Assembly: GCA_045106895.1 (NCBI GenBank)
Contig: JBGCFM010000086.1
Span: forward strand, 28,645 to 92,644
From: Polyangiales bacterium
GTDB taxonomy: Bacteria > Myxococcota_A > Polyangia > Polyangiales > Houyiibacteriaceae
Direction: 5' to 3'
DNA length: 64,000 nt
Positions 37,096-47,386 of this stretch are shown piece by piece (within the stretch, counting starts at the first letter, position 1; every line of letters begins with the position of its first letter). The position numbers were made by a program, and so were the translations under genes. The notes under the pieces are model-generated. The model did no database searches. It saw nothing but the letters and a program-made list of their open reading frames with translations, and was not told where the DNA came from.

Positions 37096-37734
37096 ATGAA
37101 GATTTTCATCGACTCCGGCGACATTGACGCCATCCGAGATGCCGCGGCCATGGGCGTGGTGGATGGTGTGACCACGAACCCAACGCTCATCGCTCGCTCC
37201 GGGCGAAAACTTGAAGATGTGATTCGAGACATTCTCGAAGTCGTCGACGGGCCCATCAGCGCAGAGGTCATCTCCACGGACTACGAGGGTATCGTCTCCG
37301 AGGGCCGCGAGCTCGCGAAGATGCACAAGAACATCGTCGTCAAGGTGCCGCTCATCGCCGAGGGCATCAAGGCCGTCAAGACCTTCTCCAGCGAAGGCAT
37401 CAAGACCAACGTGACGCTCTGCTTTAGCCCCGGTCAGGCGCTCCTGGCAGCGAAGGCCGGCGCCACGTACATCAGCCCCTTCGTGGGACGCCTCGACGAC
37501 ATCCAGCATGAAGGCATGGAGCTCGTCGGACAGATCGTTCAGATCTACGAAAACTACGGTCTCGAAACTCAGGTCCTGGCGGCGAGCATTCGCCATCCCA
37601 TGCACTTCGTTCAGTCCATGCTCCTCGGCGCGCACGTCGCGACCATTCCGCCGAAGGTCATTCACCAGTTGCTCAAGCACCCACTCACCGACAGTGGACT
37701 CGCGCAGTTCTTGAAAGACGCGAAGAGCTCCTAG
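37096..37734 (+). CDS. tal: Transaldolase / fructose-6-phosphate aldolase family
   Basis: [43 protein letters not shown]. Confidence 0.93.
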   Translation: MKIFIDSGDIDAIRDAAAMGVVDGVTTNPTLIARSGRKLEDVIRDILEVVDGPISAEVISTDYEGIVSEGRELAKMHKNIVVKVPLIAEGIKAVKTFSSEGIKTNVTLCFSPGQALLAAKAGATYISPFVGRLDDIQHEGMELVGQIVQIYENYGLETQVLAASIRHPMHFVQSMLLGAHVATIPPKVIHQLLKHPLTDSGLAQFLKDAKSS

Positions 37735-37749
37735 CGCCCGAGCCCACGC

Positions 37750-38268
37750 ATGCGTCGTTTGAAGGCCACACTTTGCGCTGCTGCGCTCATTTGCTGCTTC
37801 TTCTCCGCTGGCGAAGCCCGCGCGGACTGGGAGCCTGCGGGCGCGATCAGCGCCGGTCTTCCTATCGATGTTGGCGGTGAAGACACGCGTGTGGGCGGAC
37901 TGGTCCTCATCGACCTGTATAAACCGCTCGGCGACTTTCGCCTCGGTTTGGCGGGGGGCCTCGGCGTGCTCTCGCGCGGGGAGGATGAGACGAGCCGGCT
38001 TTATGCGCCGCTCGGTCTCTCCCTCGCTTACCGTATCGGCGGCGAACGAATCGGAGCCCACCTCACGGCGCGCGCAGGCGTGTTCGGTGGCGCGGACTTC
38101 GAGGGACTCATCGGTGGAGCTTTTGTATCTGGCGGAGCCAGCCTCGATATTCGCTTTGGAACCCTCGCCCTCGCCCTCGGCGTCGACTACTGGGGACTGT
38201 TCGGCGGAGGGTCACGCTCCCTGGTCACGCCGATGATCTCACTGCGATGGAACCCGGAGACGCTCTAG
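37750..38268 (+). CDS. Putative small outer-membrane beta-barrel protein
   Basis: Signal peptide (ARA|DW) and alternating hydrophobic beta-strands. Confidence 0.6.
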   Translation: MRRLKATLCAAALICCFFSAGEARADWEPAGAISAGLPIDVGGEDTRVGGLVLIDLYKPLGDFRLGLAGGLGVLSRGEDETSRLYAPLGLSLAYRIGGERIGAHLTARAGVFGGADFEGLIGGAFVSGGASLDIRFGTLALALGVDYWGLFGGGSRSLVTPMISLRWNPETL

Positions 38269-38279
38269 AGCGCGGTCCG

Positions 38280-38927
38280 ATGAGCGACGCGATGAAGACT
38301 CGAGTCGAATGGCTCAAAGACGAAAGCCCCGAGATGCCCCCCGGCGCTTGGCTTCGCCACCGGCGACCTCAGATGCAGGCTGTCTACGCCGACGGCACCT
38401 CGAGCGAGCCCTTCACGTATGAGCACGTCGAGCGCAAAGCAACGGATGCGGTAGTCCTCTTGATGCACCACGAGGGCCGGGTCCTGCTCCGCACCTCGCT
38501 GCGGCCCCCGCTCGCCGTGCGCACGCAGTTAGTGGTCCCGCTCCCCGACGAAGAGGACGACTCGCCGATGCTGTGGGAAGTGCCCGCCGGGCTCATTGAG
38601 CCGGAAGAAAAAGGCCTCGAGGGCATTCGTGCCTGCGCCGTCCGCGAGGCCGAGGAAGAAACCGGTGTCATCCTCAAAGCGGAGTCGCTGACGCCTTTGG
38701 GGCAACCGAGCTTTCTCTGCCCCGGAGTCATCGCCGAACAACTTCACTACTTCGCCGTGCAGCTTCCGGATGCCAAACTCGGCACAGCCGCGGGTGACGG
38801 CTCCCCCGTTGAAGAGCGCGCAGCTTTGGCGTTCTTTCCCTTCGCCGAGGCATTGGTGCTCACGCGTGATGTGAAGACCGAGCTGGGCGTGCGGCGCCTG
38901 ATGGCGCACCTTGGGAACGTGGCATGA
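38280..38927 (+). CDS. Nudix hydrolase (ADP-ribose pyrophosphatase-like)
   Basis: WEVPAGLIEPEE...AVREAEEETG Nudix box followed by the PG motif. Confidence 0.9.
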   Translation: MSDAMKTRVEWLKDESPEMPPGAWLRHRRPQMQAVYADGTSSEPFTYEHVERKATDAVVLLMHHEGRVLLRTSLRPPLAVRTQLVVPLPDEEDDSPMLWEVPAGLIEPEEKGLEGIRACAVREAEEETGVILKAESLTPLGQPSFLCPGVIAEQLHYFAVQLPDAKLGTAAGDGSPVEERAALAFFPFAEALVLTRDVKTELGVRRLMAHLGNVA

Positions 38928-39796
38928 AGCGCGTCCTCGTCATCTACAAGAAAACGACGCTTCAGCGTTACGGCGAGGACGACCCGACGATCAAAGACCT
39001 CCTCGCCCGACACGACCCGAGCGTGGCCATTTTGCGGGAAGCTCACGAAGCACACCTCGGGACACTCGCTCGCGCGAAGGATGCTCTTCGCGCACAAGGC
39101 GTGAAGGCGACATTCCGGCACAGACACGGCGGCGGCAGCGAAGCGTGGGATTTGGTGGTGACTCTCGGAGGCGATGGAACGCTCCTGTGGGCTTCCCATC
39201 ACGTGGACGACCAGACTCCGATGGTGGCCATCAACAGCGCACCCACCTCGTCTGTCGGCTACTTCTGTGCGGGCGACGGAGAGAACGTCGCTGCGATTCT
39301 CGAGACCGCCCTCGCTGGTAAGTTACGCGCAACCAAGCTCACGCGAATGAGCGTCGAGGTGGACGAAAAGGAGCACTCCCGCCGGGTGCTCAACGATATT
39401 CTATTCTGCCATCGCGTTCCTGCGGCGACGACTCGCTACATCATTCATCACGGAGAGGCGAGCGAGTCACACACCAGCAGCGGCGTATGGGCGGGCCCAG
39501 CGGCGGGCTCGACGGCGGCGCAGAGGAGTGCCGGCGGCAAGATCCTGCCCATCGGATCTCGCAAGCTTCAATGGGTCGTCCGCGAACCTTATCGTCCGGA
39601 CGATATGTCCCTGAATCTCGCGCGCGGACTCGTGGCGCCGGGAGAAGACCTCGTACTCAAGTCGAAGACACGAAACGGCCGACTCTACATGGATGGGGCG
39701 AGCCGCGTTGTAGACGTCGATATCGGGCAGGAGATTCGACTCTCACGCTCACCCGAGAGCTTGTCGCTGCTCGGGCTTCGGTCCCGCGGCCGTTAA
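38924..39796 (+). CDS. NAD(+)/NADH kinase
   Basis: GGDGT, LND, AAGSTAA...SAGG; ATGA overlap with the Nudix gene. Confidence 0.92.
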   Translation: MKRVLVIYKKTTLQRYGEDDPTIKDLLARHDPSVAILREAHEAHLGTLARAKDALRAQGVKATFRHRHGGGSEAWDLVVTLGGDGTLLWASHHVDDQTPMVAINSAPTSSVGYFCAGDGENVAAILETALAGKLRATKLTRMSVEVDEKEHSRRVLNDILFCHRVPAATTRYIIHHGEASESHTSSGVWAGPAAGSTAAQRSAGGKILPIGSRKLQWVVREPYRPDDMSLNLARGLVAPGEDLVLKSKTRNGRLYMDGASRVVDVDIGQEIRLSRSPESLSLLGLRSRGR

Positions 39797-39800
39797 ACGC

Positions 39801-39825
39801 AAAACGCCGCCCCAAGGAGGCGGCG
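39801..39825 (-). terminator. Intrinsic terminator between convergent genes
   Basis: aaaa-cgccgcc-ccaagga-ggcggcg. Confidence 0.55.
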
Positions 39826-39856
39826 ATATTGCTCTGCGCACTTGGCAGGCTGAGCT

Positions 39857-40270
39857 TCAGCCCTTCTTTGCGGCAGCTTTCTTTGCGGCGATGGCGGCCT
39901 GGACGTCTGGGTCAGGGCCGTTGCCGATGGGCTTCGCGCCGTCCTTCTTGATCGGTGCGCTGGCGTCCTTGCCGCCGGCCGCCTTGATGTGCTGGGCGGG
40001 ATCTTTGCCCTGGGCGCGGAGAGCCTTCTCCTGCGCGTCGGGCGCAGTGACGTTCCAGCCGTAACCGACCTGCGCATCGATGAGCTTCATCGTGCCCTCG
40101 CCGACGAGACCGTCGACGGTGTAACCAAACATCGACTGGACGTCGACGATGGCCTTGTGCGTCGCGTCGCCGAAGATGCCGTCAGCTTCGAGTCCAAAAC
40201 CGAGTTGGTTGAGTTTGCCCTGAAGGACGGTGACTTCGTCACCGCGTGAACCGTTTTTGAGTAGCTTCAT
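39857..40270 (-). CDS. Peptidoglycan-binding domain protein (PG_binding_1)
   Basis: LKNGSRGDEVTVLQGKL...ADGIFG.AT...Q...VDGLVG; Lys/Ala-rich tail. Confidence 0.88.
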   Translation of the reverse strand: MKLLKNGSRGDEVTVLQGKLNQLGFGLEADGIFGDATHKAIVDVQSMFGYTVDGLVGEGTMKLIDAQVGYGWNVTAPDAQEKALRAQGKDPAQHIKAAGGKDASAPIKKDGAKPIGNGPDPDVQAAIAAKKAAAKKG

Positions 40271-40365
40271 GCCCAACCGTGTACCCCGATTGGGCGAGGG
40301 GGGCTGCGGTTTTTCGCACAGATGGAGCCAAGTGCTCGTAATTGCTTGAAAAAGACAGCAGGCGC

Positions 40366-41007
40366 TTAGCCGAGCTTGTCCAGGAGCGGGCGAATTCGCT
40401 TTTGCTTCAGCTTCAGCGCAACGCGGTTGGCGATGACGAGGCTGGATATCTCGCAGACGTCTTCCAGCACGACGAGGCCGTTGGATCGGAGAGTCTGCCC
40501 CGTCTCGACGATGTCGACGATGACATCTGCGAGGCCGGTGATGGGAGCGAGCTCGACGCTACCCTGCACGAAGATGAGCTCGATGGGCTGGCCCTTCTCT
40601 TCGAAATGCTTCGCAGCCGAGGTGGGAAACTTCGTTGCGACACGAAGGATCTTTGCCGTCTCCATTGAGAAGTCGGGTTTGCCAGCGACGGCGAGCTTGC
40701 ATCGTCCGATGCCCAGGTCCACCGGTGCGTAGAGATCATACGCGCGTTCCAGGAGGACATCACGACCGACGACACCGAGGTCCGCCGCGCCGTATTCGAC
40801 GTAGGTTGGAACGTCGTCCGGCTTCAGCAGAAGGAAGTGCAGGGCGACGCCGTCCTCCGTCTGGCTGCTCCGTATGAGCTTACGGCTCTCCGCCGTTAGC
40901 GCCTCCGTGTTGATGCCCGCCGCTTCAAAGCGCGGAACCAATTGCTTCAGAACGCGTCCTTTGGGGACCGCGATGGTGATCGAGTTTTCGTCCGTTGCCG
41001 CGTTCAT
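40366..41007 (-). CDS. hisG: ATP phosphoribosyltransferase, short (HisZ-dependent) form
   Basis: IAVPKGR, DVPTYVEYGAADLG, VATKF, GSVELAP, DIVETG; about 213 aa. Confidence 0.95.
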   Translation of the reverse strand: MNAATDENSITIAVPKGRVLKQLVPRFEAAGINTEALTAESRKLIRSSQTEDGVALHFLLLKPDDVPTYVEYGAADLGVVGRDVLLERAYDLYAPVDLGIGRCKLAVAGKPDFSMETAKILRVATKFPTSAAKHFEEKGQPIELIFVQGSVELAPITGLADVIVDIVETGQTLRSNGLVVLEDVCEISSLVIANRVALKLKQKRIRPLLDKLG

Positions 41008-42272
41008 CAAAGGCCGCCTGGCACGCGCTCGATGGTGGCGCCGAGGCCCCGGAACTTCTCTTCGATGCGCTCGTAGCCACGGTCGATATGGTAGACGCGA
41101 AGAACCTCCGTTGTGCCGCTCGCGACGAGTCCTGCGATGACGAGGCTGGCGCTGGCGCGAAGGTCCGTAGCCATCACTTCGGCGCCCTGGAGGGAGTCGA
41201 CGCCTTCGACGGACGCCGTGCGTCCGCGAACATCGATGCGTGCGCCCATGCGGTTGAGCTCCGGAACATGCATGAAGCGGTTCTCGAAGATGTTCTCCTG
41301 AATCACGGAGATTCCCTGCGCCGTTACCATGAGCACCATGAACTGCGCCTGCATATCAGTCGGAAAACCAGGGTGAGGTGTCGTGGTGATGTTCGTCGCC
41401 CGGAGTTCGCCCTCGGCTGCGACGCGGACCCCGGAGCCTTCACGCTCCACGATCACGCCCGCTTCGCGCATCTTCGAAGCGAGGGCTTCGAGGTGATCGA
41501 GGGGGACGCCTTCAAGGAAAACATCGCCTCTGGTTGCGGCGGCGGCGGCCATGTACGTCCCCGCTTCGATCCGATCGGCGATGATGGCGTGATCCACCGG
41601 CTGCAGCTCCTCGCGGCCTTCGATGACGATTTGGTCGGTGCCGGCGCCATCGACGGAGGCGCCCATCTTGTTGAGGACTCGCGCGAGCTCTTCGATCTCA
41701 GGCTCGCGTGCGGCGTTTGTAAGCACGGTCCGACCGCGGGCCAGCGCGGCGGCGCTCATCAGGTTCTCTGTGCCGGTGACGGTGGGCATGTCGAGGTGAA
41801 TCTCTGCGCCCTCAAGGCGACCCTTCGGAACCTCGACGTGGACGTAGCCGTGGTCGAGTCGCACCTTCGCGCCCATGAGCTCGAGGCCCTTCAGGTGCTG
41901 GTCGATCGGTCGCGCTCCAATGGCGCAGCCGCCGGGGAGCGAGACGCTGGCGCGCCCGTAACGCGCCACGAGCGGGCCGAGCACAAGAACCGAGGCGCGC
42001 ATCTGCTTGACGAGGTCGTAGGGGGCGACGGGTTCCGCGACCTTTCGGCTCTCGATATTGAAGGTCCCATTGTCGTAACTGGCGTCGAGTCCGAGCTGCC
42101 GAAGAAGAGCGCCCATGGTCTTGACGTCACGGAGGTCGGGGACGTTGCGAAAGCAATGCGCGCCGTCCGCGAGGAGCGCTGAACACAGAATGGGCAACGC
42201 CGCATTCTTGGCACCGCTGATTCGCACATTGCCCTGGAGTCGCGCTCCACCTTGAATACGTAGGTTGTCCAC
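41007..42272 (-). CDS. murA: UDP-N-acetylglucosamine 1-carboxyvinyltransferase
   Basis: [23 protein letters not shown] (active-site Cys), [16 protein letters not shown]. Confidence 0.97.
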   Translation of the reverse strand: MDNLRIQGGARLQGNVRISGAKNAALPILCSALLADGAHCFRNVPDLRDVKTMGALLRQLGLDASYDNGTFNIESRKVAEPVAPYDLVKQMRASVLVLGPLVARYGRASVSLPGGCAIGARPIDQHLKGLELMGAKVRLDHGYVHVEVPKGRLEGAEIHLDMPTVTGTENLMSAAALARGRTVLTNAAREPEIEELARVLNKMGASVDGAGTDQIVIEGREELQPVDHAIIADRIEAGTYMAAAAATRGDVFLEGVPLDHLEALASKMREAGVIVEREGSGVRVAAEGELRATNITTTPHPGFPTDMQAQFMVLMVTAQGISVIQENIFENRFMHVPELNRMGARIDVRGRTASVEGVDSLQGAEVMATDLRASASLVIAGLVASGTTEVLRVYHIDRGYERIEEKFRGLGATIERVPGGL

Positions 42273-42320
42273 GAGCCAGGGCTACTTGATAGGGCCCCGT
42301 GGGGCAACTTCGAACCGTGT

Positions 42321-42914
42321 CTAAAGCGCTAAGGCGACGCTCATGAGGACGAAACCACCCAGGGCGAGGGCGCCGTAGCGACGCGCAGGGCTGGCAAGGA
42401 CGCGGTCTTCCTCGTCGATGGCTTTGGCTGCGACGAGCATGACGCCTAGCCAAAAAGCGAAGAAGCCGAGGAGCGCGAGGTAAAACGGCAGCCTGGGCGC
42501 GGTGTCGGCCGCCAGGAGCGCGAGCATCGCGCTCGATTCGCCTTGGCTGAGAGAGGCGATCTTCTCATCGGCACGTTCCCGGAGCTCGGAATGAGGAACA
42601 TAGACGCTCCGTGCGCCAAAAATCGCCGCCCGAATCGAGCGCCAAGCCCGAAGTGCTCCAAGGACATCACCACTGGACTCCCGCTCCCTTGCTAGCTCTT
42701 CCATCCGTGTCAGCGCGTCGGCGGAGTAGATGCTCGTGGGTACGTGCCATTTGGCGGCGCGGCGCCAGTGGATGAGCGCGCCGTCGCTGTCCCCTTGGGC
42801 GAGAACCTCGTCCCCCATGGCGAGCTCGCCTCGCGCCGCCAGAACGGTCCGAGCGCCAATGACGAAGAGAACGGCGAGGAGGACGCCCAGCCCTTGGAGG
42901 AACGTCCGCTTCAT
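42321..42914 (-). CDS. Hypothetical membrane protein
   Basis: ATG at 42914 overlaps the upstream TGA; N-terminal TM, helical periplasmic region, two C-terminal TMs. Confidence 0.7.
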   Translation of the reverse strand: MKRTFLQGLGVLLAVLFVIGARTVLAARGELAMGDEVLAQGDSDGALIHWRRAAKWHVPTSIYSADALTRMEELARERESSGDVLGALRAWRSIRAAIFGARSVYVPHSELRERADEKIASLSQGESSAMLALLAADTAPRLPFYLALLGFFAFWLGVMLVAAKAIDEEDRVLASPARRYGALALGGFVLMSVALAL

Positions 42915-43831
42915 GCGAGGTCGCGTCGCCGAAAGATAAGGCTCGCGAGGATAAGCAACACAGCCGTGTAGCAAAGCGCGTAGAGGAGGCTTGTGCCCAC
43001 GTAGGCCCACGGCGCAGTGGCCGCCTCGCCGATGACGTTGGATCCAGGGACGAAGAGATTGAAGTTCGGGACGACCTCGGCGATGCCGCGCATCAGCGAT
43101 TTGAGCTCGTCGGGAAGCATGCGGGACTGAACCGTCTGAAGCGAGTCGGCGCTGCGTCCGACAAGCCAGATGCCGGCGCTGAGTGTGCCCGTGAGAAACG
43201 GAGTCGAGAAGGAGGAGAAGAAGAGGGCGACGGCGGTCAAAACGGAGACTTCGCCTCCGATGAGAACGAGGGCACGCAGGTGTGCGCCGATCGGCTCTCC
43301 TGCCTGCATCGCGTACAGCGAGGACGCGGCGAGGAGTGCGAAAGCCCAGGGCGCGACGACGAAGGTGGGGTCCGGCGCTTTCCGAACCAGCACGACGAGG
43401 GCGACGAGCCCTGCGAGGAGTCCAAGAAGCAGGACGCTTAGGTCCCCGCCCGCTTGCTGTCCCACGAGCAGAAGAAAGACCCCGCCGATGAGGGCGAGAA
43501 AGATCTGCCCGGTGAGGACGATGCCTGCGAACTTTCCGACCAAGAACTCCCACCGGTGGATAGGCTTCGGGAGAACCACATAGAGGGTCTTTCGCTCGAT
43601 TTCTTTGTAGAGAAGGGACGAGCCGAGGAAGAGCGCAACGAGGACGCCGAAGAGCGAGATCGCCGCGATACCGATGTCGCGGACGACACGCTCTTGTTGG
43701 TCCAGGGAGAGCTCGGCGAGAACACGCGTCCCAAGTAGGACGGCCGTGGCAAAGGCGGTGACGGCGTAGAGCACCTTGTCGCGAATGGCCTCGCGAAGCG
43801 TATTGAGGGCGATGGCAAACGCGCGCCCCAT
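42911..43831 (-). CDS. ABC-2 type transporter permease (PilI/NosY-like)
   Basis: IALNTLREAIRDK, KEIERKTLYVVLPKPIHRWEFLVGKF, C-terminal FRRRDL. Confidence 0.85.
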   Translation of the reverse strand: MGRAFAIALNTLREAIRDKVLYAVTAFATAVLLGTRVLAELSLDQQERVVRDIGIAAISLFGVLVALFLGSSLLYKEIERKTLYVVLPKPIHRWEFLVGKFAGIVLTGQIFLALIGGVFLLLVGQQAGGDLSVLLLGLLAGLVALVVLVRKAPDPTFVVAPWAFALLAASSLYAMQAGEPIGAHLRALVLIGGEVSVLTAVALFFSSFSTPFLTGTLSAGIWLVGRSADSLQTVQSRMLPDELKSLMRGIAEVVPNFNLFVPGSNVIGEAATAPWAYVGTSLLYALCYTAVLLILASLIFRRRDLA

Positions 43832-44400
43832 CAGGACTCCCCAAACAGAAACGTGCGACCAACGACGACGCCGGAGAGGGCGGCGATGCAAATCAACGCC
43901 ATGGTCATCGAAAGGACGGTCGCCAAAACGAGGCTCCGCTTGCTCTTCGTTTCCCGAACTTCGGAGACCGCCGCGATGCTCTCCCACAGAAAGAGCGAGA
44001 GGGAGGCTGCGCTCAGCACGCCGAAGCTGAGACCCACGGCAGTGGGCATTCCGTGGCGAAGCGTCGAATGCACAGCGGCGTCACCGCCGCGGATGAACGC
44101 GAGAGCGAGTGTGCTCCAACCAAAGACAAAGCAGGCGACGCTGAGACCGCCGCTCAATCGGCGAAGGCGCGTGGAGTCGCCAGGCCGGCCAAGCGTGAAG
44201 CGAGACCGAAAGCCCGCAAGAAAGGCTGGGACGAAGAGGGCGCCGGTGATGAGGATGGGCCACAAGCTGTTCGCGGAGGGCTCTGCCGAGCCGGCGCCCG
44301 CCAGGACGAGTGAGCCGAGTGCGAGGGTGCCCAGAGACCAAAGCAGAGCCGCGAACGCGAATGTTCTCTCTCCTTTTTTGGGGGCGACGTCAGAACTCAT
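43831..44400 (-). CDS. Hypothetical membrane protein
   Basis: About five TM segments; TGATG coupling to the permease. Confidence 0.65.
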   Translation of the reverse strand: MSSDVAPKKGERTFAFAALLWSLGTLALGSLVLAGAGSAEPSANSLWPILITGALFVPAFLAGFRSRFTLGRPGDSTRLRRLSGGLSVACFVFGWSTLALAFIRGGDAAVHSTLRHGMPTAVGLSFGVLSAASLSLFLWESIAAVSEVRETKSKRSLVLATVLSMTMALICIAALSGVVVGRTFLFGES

Positions 44401-44485
44401 GGGACGAGTATTTCCACTCGCGGCGATACGTCAACATACGCGGTGGATTGTTGACAGCGGACCCTTCGCCGGCGGATATGAGTCT

Positions 44486-45412
44486 ATGGGCGAGTTCCTC
44501 CTCATCGTGAATCCTCGCGCCGCCGCCGGAAAGGCCGCGCGAGAACGCCCACGGCTCGAATCCCAGCTGCGGCACTACGGCGCGGAGTTTCACACACGTC
44601 TGACGGAGCGAGCGGGTCATGCTGCGGACCTCGCGCGTGAGGCCCTCCGGGGAGGAGCCGAAGGGGTCGCCGTCGTCGGCGGGGACGGGACGATGAGCGA
44701 GGCCCTCCAAGGCTTCTTCGACGAAGCCGGACAGCCCATCTCGCCGGGGGCCTGGATTGGTCCGCTCCCTTGCGGCACCGGCGGTGACTTTCGAAAAACA
44801 GCGCTGCCAGGCCTGCGGGATCAGGACCGTGCCAAACGGCTCATGGTGTCTTCGGCCCGGCCCCTCGACGTCGGCTGGTTAGAGTACGTGCGTGACGACG
44901 GGAGCCCCGCGGCGTGTCCTTTCCTCAACATCGCGAGCTTCGGCCTTGGCGGCCTCGTCGACCGCCTCGTCAACGAGGGACCCAAGTGGATCGGCGGACG
45001 GGCTGCGTTCATGTGGGGCGCTCTCCGTGCGTCTCTACGCTACGCCGCGCAGCCCATTCGGCTGCATGTCGATGGTGAGTTCGTCGTGGAAACAAAGGTC
45101 TCAAACGTCGCCGTGGCGAACGGGCAATTCTTCGGGGGGGGGATGCACATTGCGCCCGGCGCGCGCCTCGACGACGGTCTCTTTGATATCGTCGTTCTTC
45201 CAGAGGCGAGCTACGCGGACCAAGCGCGCGCGCTACCGGCGCTCTACCGAGGCACGATCCTGAGTCACCCCAATATCATCCATCGTCGCGGCGCGTCTGT
45301 CTTCGCGGAGCCTGTTGATGGGAGCGCGGTTCTCCTCGACGTGGACGGCGAAGCGCCCGGACGTCTCCCCGCTACTTTCTCGATCCGCACCGGCGTCGTG
45401 CGTTTGCGCTGA
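44486..45412 (+). CDS. Diacylglycerol kinase family (YegS/BmrU) lipid kinase
   Basis: IVNPRA, GGDGT, PCGTGGDF, NGQFFGGG, DGE. Confidence 0.92.
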   Translation: MGEFLLIVNPRAAAGKAARERPRLESQLRHYGAEFHTRLTERAGHAADLAREALRGGAEGVAVVGGDGTMSEALQGFFDEAGQPISPGAWIGPLPCGTGGDFRKTALPGLRDQDRAKRLMVSSARPLDVGWLEYVRDDGSPAACPFLNIASFGLGGLVDRLVNEGPKWIGGRAAFMWGALRASLRYAAQPIRLHVDGEFVVETKVSNVAVANGQFFGGGMHIAPGARLDDGLFDIVVLPEASYADQARALPALYRGTILSHPNIIHRRGASVFAEPVDGSAVLLDVDGEAPGRLPATFSIRTGVVRLR

Positions 45413-46950
45413 TGACGCCGAGCCCTCTGCGTCTCCCAGCGGTCCGGTATCCCCGAGCACAGCTCATGCTGCTTGGAGCTCTCTCCGGCGTGGGACTTGC
45501 CCTCAGCGTGAGCGCCGGCGCGTTCCCTCCGCTGGCGTTCGTTTTTAGCGGCGCGCTCATCCTCGCCTGCTCCCAAGCTCGCACTCCGCGTGACGCGTGG
45601 CTGTGCGGCTGGAGTGCCGGGTTCGCAGCGAACGCGATCATCTTCTACTGGATCGTCGAACTCCTCCGGGCCTTCGCCCACTTTCCCTTCGCCGCGGCCC
45701 TCGCCGTTGCTGCGCTGCTCTGGGCTGCGCAGGGCCTCAACTTGGCCTTCTGCTGCTGGCTCATCGATGTGCTCAGCCGGCGTGGCGCGCCGCGTTTCGT
45801 CGTCGCTCCCGTCGCCCTGACGCTCTTCGCTACGCTTGGGCCTTCGCTTTTTCCGTGGCGCCCATCCACGGCTCTCGTCGATTGGACCGCCTACGCCCAG
45901 GTCGCAGAGCTCGGAGGCGCTCCGCTTCTCGACGCCCTCGCGCTCTTCTGTGGGGCCATGGGGGCTGGAGCGCTGAGCGCTTGGGCCTCTGGCGAGCGGT
46001 CCGTTTTAAGACGTCGCGCTCGGGTGCTGGTCTTCCTCCTCGCGTTCCCCGTGCTCTACGGAACGGTGCGTCTTCCGCAGATCGATGACGAGCGGAGAGC
46101 GGCACCTTCACTGCGCATCGGGATCGTTCAGCCGAACATCAGCATCGAATCGAAACACGACCCAAACCGCGCCCCACAAAACCTCCAGCTCCTCCGACGT
46201 TTGACACAGCGCGCGCGGGCCCGTGGCGCGGAGCTCATCGTCTGGCCGGAGACCATGTACCCCTATCCGCTGCATCGAGAGCAAACACACGAACCCCTCG
46301 ATGGACGTCGCATCGCCGCAGGCGTACCGATGCTCATCGGCGCTATCACTCAGTCCTCGCGTTGTGACCGATGGAATAGCGCCGTCGCACTCGATGCGAA
46401 TGGCGAAATTACCGGCGTCAGCGACAAGGTTGAGCTCCTCGCCTTTGGAGAAACGGTTCCCCTCTGGGAATGGCTGCCTCCGCTCCAGTCGATGTTTCCG
46501 TGTCCCGGATTGGCACGCGGCGAGAGACCTCAGACCCTCCAGGTGGCGGGGGCGCTCATCGGTCCACTGAACTGCTACGAGGATGTTCTGACGGAACCCG
46601 CGCGCAGCTTCGCCGTCTCCCCCGACGTCTTGGTGAACATCACAAACGACGCGTGGTTTGGTGACTCAGCCGAGCCCCACCTGCACCACCTGGCCGCGCG
46701 TCTTCGAGCCGTGGAGACGCGGCGTGACTTGGTTCGCGCGGTCAACACGGGCGTGAGCGCCCACGTTGACAGCACCGGTCGCGAGGTCTTCACGACGCAG
46801 ACATTCCAGGAGGACGTACGCATCGCCCACGTCCGGCGTCTGTCCAGCCAAACATGGTTCGTCCGCTTCGGCGATTGGACGACGCCGACGCTCTTCGCCT
46901 GGCTCCTTGCGCTCGTCGTCGCGCTGCGCGTTCGACGCTCCCCCAGCTGA
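45412..46950 (+). CDS. lnt: Apolipoprotein N-acyltransferase
   Basis: TM N-terminus; IVQPN, WPE, DKVELLAFGE, NCYED, NITNDAWFG, RAVNTG. Confidence 0.93.
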   Translation: MTPSPLRLPAVRYPRAQLMLLGALSGVGLALSVSAGAFPPLAFVFSGALILACSQARTPRDAWLCGWSAGFAANAIIFYWIVELLRAFAHFPFAAALAVAALLWAAQGLNLAFCCWLIDVLSRRGAPRFVVAPVALTLFATLGPSLFPWRPSTALVDWTAYAQVAELGGAPLLDALALFCGAMGAGALSAWASGERSVLRRRARVLVFLLAFPVLYGTVRLPQIDDERRAAPSLRIGIVQPNISIESKHDPNRAPQNLQLLRRLTQRARARGAELIVWPETMYPYPLHREQTHEPLDGRRIAAGVPMLIGAITQSSRCDRWNSAVALDANGEITGVSDKVELLAFGETVPLWEWLPPLQSMFPCPGLARGERPQTLQVAGALIGPLNCYEDVLTEPARSFAVSPDVLVNITNDAWFGDSAEPHLHHLAARLRAVETRRDLVRAVNTGVSAHVDSTGREVFTTQTFQEDVRIAHVRRLSSQTWFVRFGDWTTPTLFAWLLALVVALRVRRSPS

Positions 46951-47032
46951 CATTCCCGGCGTCCGCCGGCGTCTGTCGGCGAGAGCCGAAGTTGACTCGC
47001 CGAAAGCGTCGACGTTTCTGCAGCGCTCGCTG

Positions 47033-47048
47033 CGGCCCGTGACTTGCT
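47033..47048 (+). promoter_or_regulatory. sigma54 (-24/-12) promoter
   Basis: CGGCCCGTGACTTGCT is GG-N10-GC with TTGC; a strong SD (gaggaggag) lies downstream. Confidence 0.6.
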
Positions 47049-47088
47049 CTGTATTCCCCCGTCGTGATGGCGACGAGGAGGAGTCTTG

Positions 47089-47331
47089 ATGGAGCAGTCA
47101 GCAGAGAAGAAAAACTACAAAGCGGTCTACACCGTGGTGACGGGTCGCGACGACCGTGAGCACTGGGTGAAGCTCGGTGCCGCGTTCACGAATCGCGATG
47201 GCAGCCTCACGGTTCGCCTCGATGCCGTGCCGGTCAACGGGAAGCTCGTGATCCGCGAGCGCCGAAAAGACCACTCGCCCCTCGGCGTGGTGCGTTTTCA
47301 CGGGAGCGAGAGCCTGGCCGGCGAGCGATGA
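47089..47331 (+). CDS. Small hypothetical beta-rich protein upstream of comEA
   Basis: Strong SD; YKAVYTVV...WVKLGAAFTNRDGSLTVRLDAVPVNGKLVIRE. Confidence 0.8.
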   Translation: MEQSAEKKNYKAVYTVVTGRDDREHWVKLGAAFTNRDGSLTVRLDAVPVNGKLVIRERRKDHSPLGVVRFHGSESLAGER

Positions 47332-47386
47332 GTTCGGTGGCGCCTCGGCGCTGCCCGCAACCAACAACAACAGAAAGAAGAAGAAA

